Of a DNA stretch of 64,000 nt, positions 1 to 9,406 are shown piece by piece. The DNA is taken from positions 288,001-352,000 of the forward strand of contig JBEKDT010000002.1 in assembly GCA_050014195.1 (NCBI GenBank), read 5' to 3'. The notes under the pieces were generated by a model. The model was not told where the DNA came from. It searched no databases and saw nothing but the letters and a program-made list of their open reading frames with translations. Position 1 is the first letter of the stretch. The number at the start of each line of letters is the position of its first letter. A program made the translations under genes and the position numbers. The DNA comes from Desulfomonilia bacterium (GTDB lineage Bacteria; Desulfobacterota; Desulfomonilia; UBA1062).

Positions 1-147
1 ACCCCCCGCCTGATCTCTTCGCATGAACATATCGTCTCAGGGATCAGGACGAGGGCATGTATTGATCACACCGGCCGCATCTGGTTGCTTATCTTTTTTA
101 AACCCTTATGAACGTGCGGACAGAAGTGAATGAGAATATTGCCGCAA

Positions 148-438
148 TCAGCCTTTGCTTGTGAGCCTGGACCTCAGCACGTTGGATAAGGAAAAGGTGA
201 CCACCCTCCTCGGAGAGATAGTGATCTCCTGTGCGGTCTTCGGGTTCCGGCCGCGCCGTGCAGTCTTCTCCCTGATCTTCCATTTCCCGAATCCGGAGAT
301 GCTTACCGGCTCCTTCTTTCCCAGATTCGCCTTGATGATATCGATGAACGTCTCGATCCCATCACTGGCCTCTTTCCTGGATAGGCCTGTATTCAGAACG
401 ATCTCATCAATGATGCCGCTCTTTGTGAGGGTCCCCAT
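148..438 (-). CDS. ihfA: Integration host factor alpha / HU-family DNA-binding protein
   Basis: 96 aa; LTK..IID, ISGFGKW, RRGRNPKT, ISPRRVVTF motifs; AGGAGG SD upstream. Confidence 0.85.
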   Translation of the reverse strand: MGTLTKSGIIDEIVLNTGLSRKEASDGIETFIDIIKANLGKKEPVSISGFGKWKIREKTARRGRNPKTAQEITISPRRVVTFSLSNVLRSRLTSKG

Positions 439-488
439 ATGGCACTTACCTCCTTTGTGTTCAATGAGATAACTATAACTACATAAAA

Positions 489-517
489 TTATTAATGCGG
501 ATACCCGCTCATGTCAA
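489..517 (-). promoter_or_regulatory. Putative sigma-70 promoter of ihfA
   Basis: Minus strand TTGACA-N17-TAATAA. Confidence 0.5.
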
Positions 518-666
518 TATCCGATTGTTTTAGTGGGCATTTTTTATCTTGTAACCTCTTATTAATATTACACCAGGAAAATCTTCGTGTAGATATCAAC
601 ATGCTTATCTCTTAATATGCGTTTGAGTCTCCTCAATTGTTTGGGCTCAATCATTACGATTCCAGG

Positions 667-1023
667 TTACACCTTGATCTCACAGGCACCAAAGCCGTCC
701 CATTCGCTTATGGGCTTGCTCGATGTGACGGCAAAGCATTTTTTCCCTGCGTCATCACGAGAGGAGATAGTAATATCCCCTGCAAGCTCATATGTCTCCA
801 TACTGATAATAAATGTCACTCCTTCCTCTTCATGGACAAGGTCTGCTTCGGTAGCCATATCAATGCGGAGGCCAAGAGAAGGATCACAGCATCCCGTGAA
901 ACAGAGCTCTATCCGTACAGGCCCCTGTGATTCCTTCACGGCGAGGAAGTCCTTGATGGACTGCAGTGCTGTCCCTTCAATTCTGACTTGAATATTCTTC
1001 TTCCCCTTCCCTTTCAACTTCAT
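667..1023 (-). CDS. HesB/IscA-like Fe-S biosynthesis family protein
   Basis: GCCDPSLGLRID motif, D...EEEGVTFII segment, C-terminal Cys (GAC); GGGAGGGG SD. Confidence 0.7.
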   Translation of the reverse strand: MKLKGKGKKNIQVRIEGTALQSIKDFLAVKESQGPVRIELCFTGCCDPSLGLRIDMATEADLVHEEEGVTFIISMETYELAGDITISSRDDAGKKCFAVTSSKPISEWDGFGACEIKV

Positions 1024-1234
1024 GTACTGCCCCTCCCGTCCGTCACTATTATAATGTTAATACGCCTGGGTGTATATATTCATGATATCAGCCGGGTCAT
1101 TGACAGGGCGGGTATTGAACAGGTTCGCCGTATTAAATGAACAGAACTTCAAAATAAGTGGAGTGAACGGGATAATTCGCCAGGCATAAAATCATATTCA
1201 ACAGGGCAATAATCACTACCTAGCAAGAATATAC

Positions 1235-1264
1235 TTGACAATATAATACGCATCAGTAATATAT
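1235..1264 (+). promoter_or_regulatory. Putative sigma-70 promoter with overlapping inverted repeat (candidate MarR operator)
   Basis: TTGACA(1235)-N16-TAATAT; ATATAATAC-N6-GTAATATAT imperfect palindrome at 1241-1264. Confidence 0.55.
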
Positions 1265-1291
1265 GTATAAAACTAAAATGGGTGTGAAATA

Positions 1292-1789
1292 ATGGGATCA
1301 AAAAAATTATGTGATTATAAATATTTTACCTCAACCCCCAAGGACTGCCCCTACTACCTGATAACCCGCGTCTCTCTGGCAGCCACGTCGGTCTTCAAGA
1401 AGGTGTTTGCAGAGGCAGGGCTTACGGAGTTGAAACCCGCCTACATCGGCACGCTCATGAGCCTGTGGAACGAGGATGGATTGAAGGTGATCGAGCTGGG
1501 CCGCAGGGCCGGCCTGGAACCTTCCACCATGACCGGCCTCATGGACCGGATGGAGCGGGACGGCCTGGTGAAGCGGGTCGCTGATCCGGATGACCGGAGG
1601 GTGCTGAAGATATTCCTTACCGATGCCGGGCGCGCGATTCAAGACACGGTAGCCGCAACAGTCGATCACGTCATGGCCCAGGTGCTCTTAGGGATAGATG
1701 ATGATGATGTCACACACCTGAAAGACACGCTGCGCAAGGTGCTTGCCAATGTCCATGAGGAGAACTTCGATGAGCAATCAGAGAAATGA
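1292..1789 (+). CDS. MarR family transcriptional regulator
   Basis: ELG..AGLEPSTMTGLMDRMERDGLVKR...DDRR..IFLTDAG winged helix. Confidence 0.92.
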   Translation: MGSKKLCDYKYFTSTPKDCPYYLITRVSLAATSVFKKVFAEAGLTELKPAYIGTLMSLWNEDGLKVIELGRRAGLEPSTMTGLMDRMERDGLVKRVADPDDRRVLKIFLTDAGRAIQDTVAATVDHVMAQVLLGIDDDDVTHLKDTLRKVLANVHEENFDEQSEK

Positions 1790-2819
1790 GGCAATCGGGT
1801 ACGCCTGTGCGTATACCCCGCTTGTGCTGCTTTATGCGGCAAAGTACCGCCCGTATCGGGTGTTGCCCCGGACCGAGAGTCAGGACCAGGCAGGCCTTCA
1901 CCTCCACGACAACCTGTGCCCGCATGTGAAGCGTATTCTCGACCGTGCCATGGGGGGCGATCTTCCGGAGCTCAAGGCTATGGTCTTCATGAACAGCTGC
2001 GATGCCATGCGGAGGCTGTCCGATGCCTGGGCAAAGGTCCGGGGCCACGACAGAACCATCCTGGTGGACCTCCCGTCAATCTCCGACAGCCATGCTGTGA
2101 GGTTCTTTGCCGAAGAGCTCAGGCGCCTGGGCAGGTCACTCCGGCAATGGAGCGGCAATCCCCTGACTGATGATCTCATCCGGGAAGGCATACATGAATA
2201 CAACCGGCTCTCAAGAGCCCTTTCCACCCTGGCGGCAAGGGTCCATAAAGAAGGCGGACAGGCAAGCCTCCAGGAGGCCTATATAAAGGCTGCCACAGAA
2301 CCACTTCCGGATGCGATCCGGTTCGTCGATGGCCTTCTATCCGGGGATATGCCTGCAAAGGCTGCGGGCCAATCATCCGCCATCTTCCTGTTCGGGAATA
2401 TCCTGCCCGACAGGGATGCCTTCGATCTCTTCGAGGCCTGCGGGGTTCACATTGCCGACGAGGATCTCTGCACCGGATCACGGATGTTTCAGCCCATCGA
2501 GATTCCTGAAGGGGAAGACCTCTACCTGGGCCTTTCCCGGGCGATCCTCACCCGCAAGCCCTGTGCGCGCACCTTTGACCCGGCACGGCCGGGTCAAATC
2601 GCTTTTGACATGATTGAAAGCGCAAAGGCCTGCAATGCGGCAGGAGCGATATGCCACACAGCCAAGTTCTGCGACCCCTACCTTGCACGCCTGCCCTTTA
2701 TCCGCGAGGTATTCAGGAAAGAGGGAATGCCGCTGCTTGTACTCGAGGGCGACTGCACCATGCGGTCGATGGGCCAGCACAGAACAAGGATAGAAGCCTT
2801 TATTGAAATGTTGGGGTAA
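1770..2819 (+). CDS. 2-hydroxyacyl-CoA dehydratase family subunit (HgdB/FldC/BcrC-like)
   Basis: NLCPHVK, NSCDAMRR, KFCDP Cys motifs, C-terminal QHRTRIEAFIEM; start moved to ATG 1770 after GAGGAG. Confidence 0.85.
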   Translation: MSNQRNEAIGYACAYTPLVLLYAAKYRPYRVLPRTESQDQAGLHLHDNLCPHVKRILDRAMGGDLPELKAMVFMNSCDAMRRLSDAWAKVRGHDRTILVDLPSISDSHAVRFFAEELRRLGRSLRQWSGNPLTDDLIREGIHEYNRLSRALSTLAARVHKEGGQASLQEAYIKAATEPLPDAIRFVDGLLSGDMPAKAAGQSSAIFLFGNILPDRDAFDLFEACGVHIADEDLCTGSRMFQPIEIPEGEDLYLGLSRAILTRKPCARTFDPARPGQIAFDMIESAKACNAAGAICHTAKFCDPYLARLPFIREVFRKEGMPLLVLEGDCTMRSMGQHRTRIEAFIEMLG

Positions 2820-2824
2820 GAGAC

Positions 2825-4057
2825 ATGCTTAAAGATTATTTCGAAAACCTGGAAAAGGGAATCGTATCATCTATTCAGGAACAGGGTGGCAAAGCGAGCC
2901 CGCGGAAGCTCTACTCCCTTGAGATCGCACGGGTCGGTAAACGGCTCTATTCCGGGACGAACAAGGTGGCCTGGTGCGGTGTCACCGCACCCTTCGACCT
3001 CCTGTACGCCATGGGCCTGACCTCCTGCTTCGTTGAATTTGTCGGGGCCATGCTTGCCTCCACCGGCATGGTGGGGGACATCATTGAGGTGGCGGATCAT
3101 GTGGGTTATTCATCGGATGTCTGCAGCTACCACCGGGCCGTGACCGGTGCTGCCATCAAAGGGCTCATGCCCAGGCCGGAGCTCCTTGTGGGCACAACGA
3201 ACCCATGCAGCGGCGGGCTTGGCGTGATCGAGAACCTTGCACGGCACTTCAGCAAGCCGCTCTTTATCCTGAACATCCCCCAGGGCGACTCCGATCATGA
3301 TGTGGCGTATCTCGCCGGGCAGATGAGAGACCTCACCGAGTTCGTCAGCACCCATACCGGGAATAAGCTCGACAGGGAAAGGCTCAAAGCCGTCATCGAG
3401 AACACCAACAAGGCCAGGGAGCTCCTGATCGAGGTTTTCGACCTGGCAAAACAGAGCCCTTCGCCGGCCAATAATAAGGATCTGAACAATTTCCTCATCT
3501 CCCTGGCCCTCATCCTCGGGAGGGAGGAATGCGTCGATCTGGCAAAGGCCTACCGCGACGAGTTTGCACGCCGGATAGCGAACAACCAGAGCGGGGTTGA
3601 AGGCGAGAAAATCCGCCTCATGTGGATACAGAACCGCATCCAGTTCCGCAACCCGCTGGAAAAGGTCCTCGAGAATGAATACAAGGCATTGATCGTCATC
3701 GATGAGCTCAACGACATTGCGTGGGACCCCATTGATCCGGATGATCCCTTCGAGGGGCTTGCCCGGAGGTCCATGTCGATCTCATTCAACGGCACGAGCT
3801 TCCGCCGCATCGAGAGCCTGAAGCGGCTTGCAAAAGATTACAAGATCCACGGCGCCATCAACCCCTGCAACTGGGGATGCAGGCAGGGCACCGGGACACG
3901 GGGGCTGATCGAGGCAGGCTTACGCGATATCGGCGTACCGGTGTTGAACCTCGAGGTAGACTGCGTGGATGAGCGCAAGTTTACCGAGGGGCAGTTCAGA
4001 ACCCGGATCGAGGCCTTTATGGAGATGATCCAATCAAACCCGTCTCCCTGGCAGTAA
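2825..4057 (+). CDS. 2-hydroxyacyl-CoA dehydratase family subunit (HgdA/FldB/BcrB-like)
   Basis: DVCSY, NPC, WGCRQ Cys ligands; LEVDCVDER; QFRTRIEAFMEM. Confidence 0.85.
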   Translation: MLKDYFENLEKGIVSSIQEQGGKASPRKLYSLEIARVGKRLYSGTNKVAWCGVTAPFDLLYAMGLTSCFVEFVGAMLASTGMVGDIIEVADHVGYSSDVCSYHRAVTGAAIKGLMPRPELLVGTTNPCSGGLGVIENLARHFSKPLFILNIPQGDSDHDVAYLAGQMRDLTEFVSTHTGNKLDRERLKAVIENTNKARELLIEVFDLAKQSPSPANNKDLNNFLISLALILGREECVDLAKAYRDEFARRIANNQSGVEGEKIRLMWIQNRIQFRNPLEKVLENEYKALIVIDELNDIAWDPIDPDDPFEGLARRSMSISFNGTSFRRIESLKRLAKDYKIHGAINPCNWGCRQGTGTRGLIEAGLRDIGVPVLNLEVDCVDERKFTEGQFRTRIEAFMEMIQSNPSPWQ

Positions 4058-4078
4058 GGTTAGGAAGGAGCGTTTATC

Positions 4079-4867
4079 ATGTACTATCTGGGTATCGACA
4101 TCGGCAGCCTGTCATGTGATGCGGTCCTGATCGACCGGGAACGGAATATGGTTGCAACATCAGTGGTGCCCACCGGCGCCAGGAACCGTGAGGCCATTGC
4201 CATGGCCACCGAGTTTGTGCTGAGCCGGGCCGGGATTTCGCGGGACAAGGTGAAGGCAGTCGTATCAACCGGTTATGGACGTGACAGGGTTGAGGAAAAG
4301 CTTACATCTGTTACGGAGATAACATGCCATGCCAAGGGAATACAGTCTCTCCATAGCGGCGCCAAGGTGCTGATCGATATCGGCGGCCAGGACAGCAAGT
4401 GCATCCTCATGTCGGACAAAGGGACTGTGGTGAACTTTGCCATGAACGACAAATGCGCGGCAGGGACCGGCCGTTTTCTGGAGGCCATGGCCCGTGCTCT
4501 CCAGGTGGACATCAACGATATGGGAGATCTCGATGCCGGGGCAGATGGCGCGCTCACCATCAGCAGCATGTGCACGGTTTTTGCCGAGAGCGAGGTGGTC
4601 TCGCTCATTGCGGAAGGGGCCGGAGTGAACGAGATCGTCAAGGGACTGAACCGTTCCATTGCATCCCGTACGGTCTCGCTGATAAAACGTGTCGTACCGG
4701 ACTTTTCCGGGATGCAGTTTGCCATGTCCGGCGGAGTTGCCAGGAACAAAGGCGTGGTACGTGCTATCGAAGAGGCATTGGACTATAATGTTTTTGTCCC
4801 GGAGATACCTGACACCGTGGGAGCCCTGGGTGCCGCCCTCTTCGCCATCGAAAGGAGCCTGCAATAG
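4079..4867 (+). CDS. ATP-dependent acyl-CoA dehydratase activase (HgdC/FldI-like, ASKHA 4Fe-4S)
   Basis: GIDIGS, STGYGR, EITCH, DIGGQDSK, MNDKCAAGTGRF, SMCTVFAESE. Confidence 0.93.
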   Translation: MYYLGIDIGSLSCDAVLIDRERNMVATSVVPTGARNREAIAMATEFVLSRAGISRDKVKAVVSTGYGRDRVEEKLTSVTEITCHAKGIQSLHSGAKVLIDIGGQDSKCILMSDKGTVVNFAMNDKCAAGTGRFLEAMARALQVDINDMGDLDAGADGALTISSMCTVFAESEVVSLIAEGAGVNEIVKGLNRSIASRTVSLIKRVVPDFSGMQFAMSGGVARNKGVVRAIEEALDYNVFVPEIPDTVGALGAALFAIERSLQ

Positions 4868-4958
4868 GGCTATTAATAAAATCGATGGATCTTCAAAAAC
4901 ATCGCACAAAAAAGTCCTTAAGACTTTATGGCAAGAACATGGATAACGGGGGTAACCA

Positions 4959-5735
4959 ATGAGCGAGACAACAAAAGAAAAGATTAAAAAATATGCATTG
5001 GACCTTGGTGTGGAGGATGTCGGATTCGGAGCGGTATCTGACTATAACAGTCCCTTGTCTCCCAAAATTGAAACGATTTTCCCAGGAGCAAAGAGTCTGG
5101 TCGTCATGGCTTTCAGGGAGTTGTCAAACTGCGAGAGCGATAACAAAAGGATTGCCATGGGCGGAAGGCTCGATAGCATGGAATTCGCGAGATCATGTAA
5201 CTATAAGCTCTCACGATTTATTGAGAGAGAGTTTAACAGCAAGTCCATGTCCACACCGCTGTCATATCCTTTGAACATGCAGCCTGAAACCAGGTATGGC
5301 CTGATAGCAGATTTTTCTCAACGCCATGCTGCCCTTGCAGCAGGATTAGGGAATTTAGGGCGGCACAATCTTGTGATTCATCCGAGATTGGGCTCCCGGG
5401 TGATTTTTTCAACAATCCTGACTGAACTGGAGCTGCCCTCTGATCCTCCGGTAAAAGAGGATCTCTGCATCCATTGCAACATCTGTGTGGAGAATTGTCC
5501 TGGCCGGGCACTCGATGAAGAAGGAAAGACCGATGAATTTAAGTGCATGAAACATTCGCAACCATATGGGCTGTCAGGGAATATCAAATTCTGGATGAAA
5601 TTTATCGATAGTAGTCCTGATGAACAAAAAAAGATGATGATAAGCCCCAAATATATGAGCTTGTACCAATCGGCGTTCATCGGCTTTGAATACCACTGTT
5701 TCAAGTGTTACCTATCATGCCCTGTCGGCCAATGA
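4959..5735 (+). CDS. QueG/reductive-dehalogenase-like cobalamin, 2x[4Fe-4S] oxidoreductase
   Basis: RHAALAAGLGNLGRHNLVIHPRLGSRV; CxxCxxCxxxCP plus a split second cluster ending CxxCxxxCP. Confidence 0.75.
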   Translation: MSETTKEKIKKYALDLGVEDVGFGAVSDYNSPLSPKIETIFPGAKSLVVMAFRELSNCESDNKRIAMGGRLDSMEFARSCNYKLSRFIEREFNSKSMSTPLSYPLNMQPETRYGLIADFSQRHAALAAGLGNLGRHNLVIHPRLGSRVIFSTILTELELPSDPPVKEDLCIHCNICVENCPGRALDEEGKTDEFKCMKHSQPYGLSGNIKFWMKFIDSSPDEQKKMMISPKYMSLYQSAFIGFEYHCFKCYLSCPVGQ

Positions 5736-5789
5736 CACCTATCCATGATAATACTCTAGACTGATGACGGAAACGTGAGCCAGCCATGA

Positions 5790-5906
5790 GGACATGGCTC
5801 CGGTCCCCTCACTGCCCACGAACTCAAGCGTTTACTTGACGCTTTCCTGGAAAAGGCCAGGGTGAAGAAGATGAGGCCGTATGATATGCGCTATCCGAAT
5901 GGATGA
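5790..5906 (+). pseudogene. Possible degraded tyrosine-recombinase fragment
   Basis: Startless frame GPLTAHELKRLLDAFLEKARVKKMRPYDMRY resembles integrase box II (..KAG...IRPYDLRH). Confidence 0.3.
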
Positions 5907-6235
5907 TATGAATGCTTTGGAGAATTTATGAGACCCATATCACGGGTCATGATGAGCTTTATGTCGGAAATCTTGATCATCTGGACCTCGTGGTTCACCC
6001 CGTAGGTGAATGGGAACAGGTGGATCTTGCCTGCCAGATCGTCCTCTTCAATGGGAGAGATCATAAGCTTCCACCTGAAGGACCGCATACGGGGGACTAT
6101 AACCTTGAGATCCTCCCATGAGAAGCACTCGTTCCAGTAATCTTCCTCCTGGATACCCGTCGGGGTTGGATTATCTTTGATGATCTCATACCTTCCCGAG
6201 GAAGGTACGGATACCTGGATGTTGTATCTCCTCAT
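5891..6235 (-). CDS. Hypothetical protein (114 aa)
   Basis: Fills the gap downstream of radA; sigma-28-like promoter ends 7 nt before the ATG. Confidence 0.55.
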   Translation of the reverse strand: MRRYNIQVSVPSSGRYEIIKDNPTPTGIQEEDYWNECFSWEDLKVIVPRMRSFRWKLMISPIEEDDLAGKIHLFPFTYGVNHEVQMIKISDIKLIMTRDMGLINSPKHSYHPFG

Positions 6236-6242
6236 GTACTTC

Positions 6243-6271
6243 CTATCGTCATGTAAAGAGACGGCCTTGAG
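6243..6271 (-). promoter_or_regulatory. Sigma-28 (FliA)-like promoter
   Basis: CTCAAG-N15-GACGATAG then 7 nt to ATG 6235. Confidence 0.55.
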
Positions 6272-6353
6272 TGCTCCCTTAAGAGTTTCCGATCAGTATG
6301 GTTAACGATAAGTTGGGTAAAGCCGTCGCCGGGAAAGACGGATTTATTGCCGA

Positions 6354-7709
6354 TCAGATAAGGATTGTCAACGCCGTCTTCACATGGTCCCTGGCAATAA
6401 GGTCAATCCCCTTGTGCTGTGAGAGGGTATCCCGGTTGGCCTCGGGAATGATCGCCTGCGTGAAGCCCATCTTCCGTGCCTCCCGTATGCGCGACTCCAT
6501 ATGGCTTACCGGTCTGAGCTCGCCCGACAGACCGATCTCCCCGATAAAGACCGTCCCTTTGGGTACCGGCTTGTCAAAGGCGCTGGAGGCCACGGCCATG
6601 ACCAGGGCAAGATCAACCGCAGGCTCGGTAACCTTGAACCCGCCTGCGATGTTCACCACAATATCCGACTGTGCCAGAAAGATGCCTGCCCTCTTTTCAA
6701 GGACTGCCAGGAGAACGGTCAGCCTGGATAGGTCCGAGCCCATGGCGATCCTCCTGGGCATGCTGAATGTAGTCCGGCTTACCAGGGCCTGGACCTCGAC
6801 CACAAAGGCCCTGCTGCCCTCACATGTCGCCATGACGGCGCTGCCGGGCACCTCTCCGCCGAGTCCATGGATGAAAATGGCGGAAGGGTCCTTCACCTCA
6901 GAAAGCCCATCGGCCTTCATCTCGAACACACCGATCTCGCCGCTTGTACCAAAACGGTTCTTCACGGTACGTACAATCCGGTATGCCCCGGTATTGTCAC
7001 CCTCAAAGGAAAGCACGGTGTCCACCATGTGCTCCAGCATCTTGGGGCCGGCAATCCAGCCGTCCTTGGTCACATGGCCTACAATGAATACGGTTACACC
7101 CTTGCCCTTGGCGATCTCCATAAGCATACCGGCACAATGCCTTATCTGCGAGACACTTCCCGGCGGGGCGTCTATGGAACCGGAGAATATCGACTGGATG
7201 GAATCGATGATCACGACTTCACTTTTCAAAGCCTCGATCTCATCCCTGATCCTCTCAATGACCACCTCCGGGTATACCATGATGCTCTCAGTTGCGGTGC
7301 CCAGCCTTTGTGCACGCATCTTCAGCTGCGGGGCCGATTCCTCGCCGCTCACATAAAGCACGTTCATACGTAACGAGCCGAGTTTGTCTGCCATCTGGAG
7401 CATGAGCGTGGATTTGCCGATGCCGGGATCGCCGCCGATAAGCACGAACGAGCCTTCAACCACCCCTCCGCCGAGGACGCGGTCGAGCTCTGTAATGCCG
7501 CATTTCCTCCTAGAGGAATCCTTTGCCGTTATCTCATGCAGGGCAACGGGCCTGGTCTGGTTCGACATGCGGGCACTGACGATCTTTTCTTCTTCAATGA
7601 AGTCCTCTTCCAAGGTGTTCCAGAGGCCGCACTGGGTGCACCTCCCCATCCACTGAGGATGGGTAAACCCGCATGATGAGCAGCGAAAGACTTTTTTGGG
7701 CTTGGCCAT
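6354..7709 (-). CDS. radA: DNA repair protein RadA/Sms
   Basis: C4 zinc finger, GDPGIGKST, KNRFG, Lon-like C-terminus. Confidence 0.97.
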   Translation of the reverse strand: MAKPKKVFRCSSCGFTHPQWMGRCTQCGLWNTLEEDFIEEEKIVSARMSNQTRPVALHEITAKDSSRRKCGITELDRVLGGGVVEGSFVLIGGDPGIGKSTLMLQMADKLGSLRMNVLYVSGEESAPQLKMRAQRLGTATESIMVYPEVVIERIRDEIEALKSEVVIIDSIQSIFSGSIDAPPGSVSQIRHCAGMLMEIAKGKGVTVFIVGHVTKDGWIAGPKMLEHMVDTVLSFEGDNTGAYRIVRTVKNRFGTSGEIGVFEMKADGLSEVKDPSAIFIHGLGGEVPGSAVMATCEGSRAFVVEVQALVSRTTFSMPRRIAMGSDLSRLTVLLAVLEKRAGIFLAQSDIVVNIAGGFKVTEPAVDLALVMAVASSAFDKPVPKGTVFIGEIGLSGELRPVSHMESRIREARKMGFTQAIIPEANRDTLSQHKGIDLIARDHVKTALTILI

Positions 7710-9406
7710 TACTGCTGGGTGACCCGCAAGACCTCTTCAATGGTTGTGATCCCGTCCTCTACCTTTCGTGCGCCGTCTTCCCTGAGTGTATGGAGCCCCT
7801 CGCTTACGGCCTGTTTCTTGATGATATTGGAATCGGAGGTCTTAAGGATAGTGGTCTTGATTGCATCGCTCACGGTCAGGATCTCATAGATGCCCGTCCT
7901 GCCCTTATAGCCGGTGCCCAGGCATTCTTTGCACCCGGCGCCCCTCCAGAGAAATCCATCCTTGCCAAGCATCTCCTGGGACAGTCCGATCTCCATGAGG
8001 GTCTCGCTCTCGGGGAAATACTGCTGTTTGCAGACAGGACAGATCTTGCGCGTAAGCCTTTGGGCGACAATGGCGTTCACCGATGAGGTCACCAGGAATG
8101 GCTCGATGCCCATGTCGATAAGCCTGGTTATGGCGCTGGATGCATCGTTGGTGTGCAGGGTGGAAAAGACCAGGTGACCGGTGAGTGCGGCCTGGATGGC
8201 GATTTCGGCGGTCTCCAGGTCGCGGATCTCGCCCACGAGGATGATATCCGGGTCCTGCCGCACGATGGACCGAAGGCCTGAGGCAAAGGTGAGTCCGACC
8301 TTGGCATTCACCGGTATCTGACCGATGCCCTTAAGCTGGTATTCGATGGGGTCTTCGATGGTGAGGATATTCTTGTCGGGCGAATTGACCTTGCTCAACA
8401 TTGAATACAGAGAAGTGGTCTTGCCTGAGCCCGTGGGCCCGGTCACCAAGATAATGCCGTGCTCCTGCGTGATGAAGTGCTCCATGATGGCAAGGTCATC
8501 GGCGTAGTACCCGAGTTCTTCGAGACCCATAAGGACGGAAGATTTGTCGAGAATCCTCATGACAACCCGCTCTCCGTTAACCGTGGGTACCAAGGAGATC
8601 CTCAGGTCTACCGAGTGGTCGCCGAGCTTGATGCCGATCCTGCCGTCCTGGGGAAGGCGCTTTTCGGCAATGTTCAGGGTGGCCATGACCTTGATGCGCG
8701 AGACCACTGCCGGATGGAGCCTCTTGGGGAGGTTTAAGACATCATGCAGGATGCCGTCTACCCTGAATCTGATCTTTACATCGTTCGGATACGGCTCGAC
8801 GTGGATATCGGAGGCGCGCTCGCGAAATGCCTGTACCATGAGCCGGTTCACGAGGCGGATGATGGGTGCCTCGGTCTCCATGGCCGTAATATCCTGGATG
8901 CTCTCCAGGTCTTTTAAGAATTCGTCTTCTTCCTCTTCGATGTCCCCCATGATGTCTTTGGCATTCTCATCCTTCATCTCTACCAGCCGGTTGATGGCAC
9001 CCAAGATCTCCTGTTTGGGGGCAAGGACCCTTTTAATATCCTTGAGGTGCAAAATGCGGGATATATCAAAAAATGCCTCTTGCTCTGAAGGGTCGTGTAC
9101 CGCCACCACCATGGTATCATGCAGGAGTTTCACCGGTACCATGGTGTATTTTCTAAGATAGTTCACCGGCAGCTTGTCAAGGACTGCAGGGTCCACCTCC
9201 AGCTCGCTGATGGTCTGTACCGAGGGAATATCCCACTGTTTCGAGAGAGCGCTTATCATCTCATGGTCGGTGAGAGCCCCTGTAAGGACAAGGGCATCCT
9301 TCAAGCGAATACCACGCTCGGAAACAATCGCCCTGGCCTTCTCTATCGACTCTCCATCCAAAAGATGCATATCGAGCAGTACATGCTCAAGGCTTGTTCT
9401 TGTCAT
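7709..9406 (-). CDS. gspE: Type II secretion ATPase GspE
   Basis: [39 protein letters not shown], tetra-Cys motif. Confidence 0.92.
   Translation of the reverse strand: MTRTSLEHVLLDMHLLDGESIEKARAIVSERGIRLKDALVLTGALTDHEMISALSKQWDIPSVQTISELEVDPAVLDKLPVNYLRKYTMVPVKLLHDTMVVAVHDPSEQEAFFDISRILHLKDIKRVLAPKQEILGAINRLVEMKDENAKDIMGDIEEEEDEFLKDLESIQDITAMETEAPIIRLVNRLMVQAFRERASDIHVEPYPNDVKIRFRVDGILHDVLNLPKRLHPAVVSRIKVMATLNIAEKRLPQDGRIGIKLGDHSVDLRISLVPTVNGERVVMRILDKSSVLMGLEELGYYADDLAIMEHFITQEHGIILVTGPTGSGKTTSLYSMLSKVNSPDKNILTIEDPIEYQLKGIGQIPVNAKVGLTFASGLRSIVRQDPDIILVGEIRDLETAEIAIQAALTGHLVFSTLHTNDASSAITRLIDMGIEPFLVTSSVNAIVAQRLTRKICPVCKQQYFPESETLMEIGLSQEMLGKDGFLWRGAGCKECLGTGYKGRTGIYEILTVSDAIKTTILKTSDSNIIKKQAVSEGLHTLREDGARKVEDGITTIEEVLRVTQQ

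Noticed and set aside
1-140. Possible gene fragment at the left edge
   Set aside because: No frame gave a recognisable protein
1770-4867. Benzoyl-CoA reductase call
   Set aside because: Only one activase-type subunit and no aromatic-degradation genes in the window
4959-5735. Respiratory reductive dehalogenase
   Set aside because: Only 258 aa, no Tat signal and no rdhB anchor gene
5745-5906. In-frame TAG/TGA read-through as a pyrrolysine or selenocysteine gene
   Set aside because: Mixed stop types, no SD, no evident SECIS or redox motif; decay is the simpler explanation
6298-7356. 352-aa plus-strand ORF
   Set aside because: Antisense shadow of radA. The same applies to other long antisense ORFs such as 15724-16521, 36887-37648 and 58394-59290
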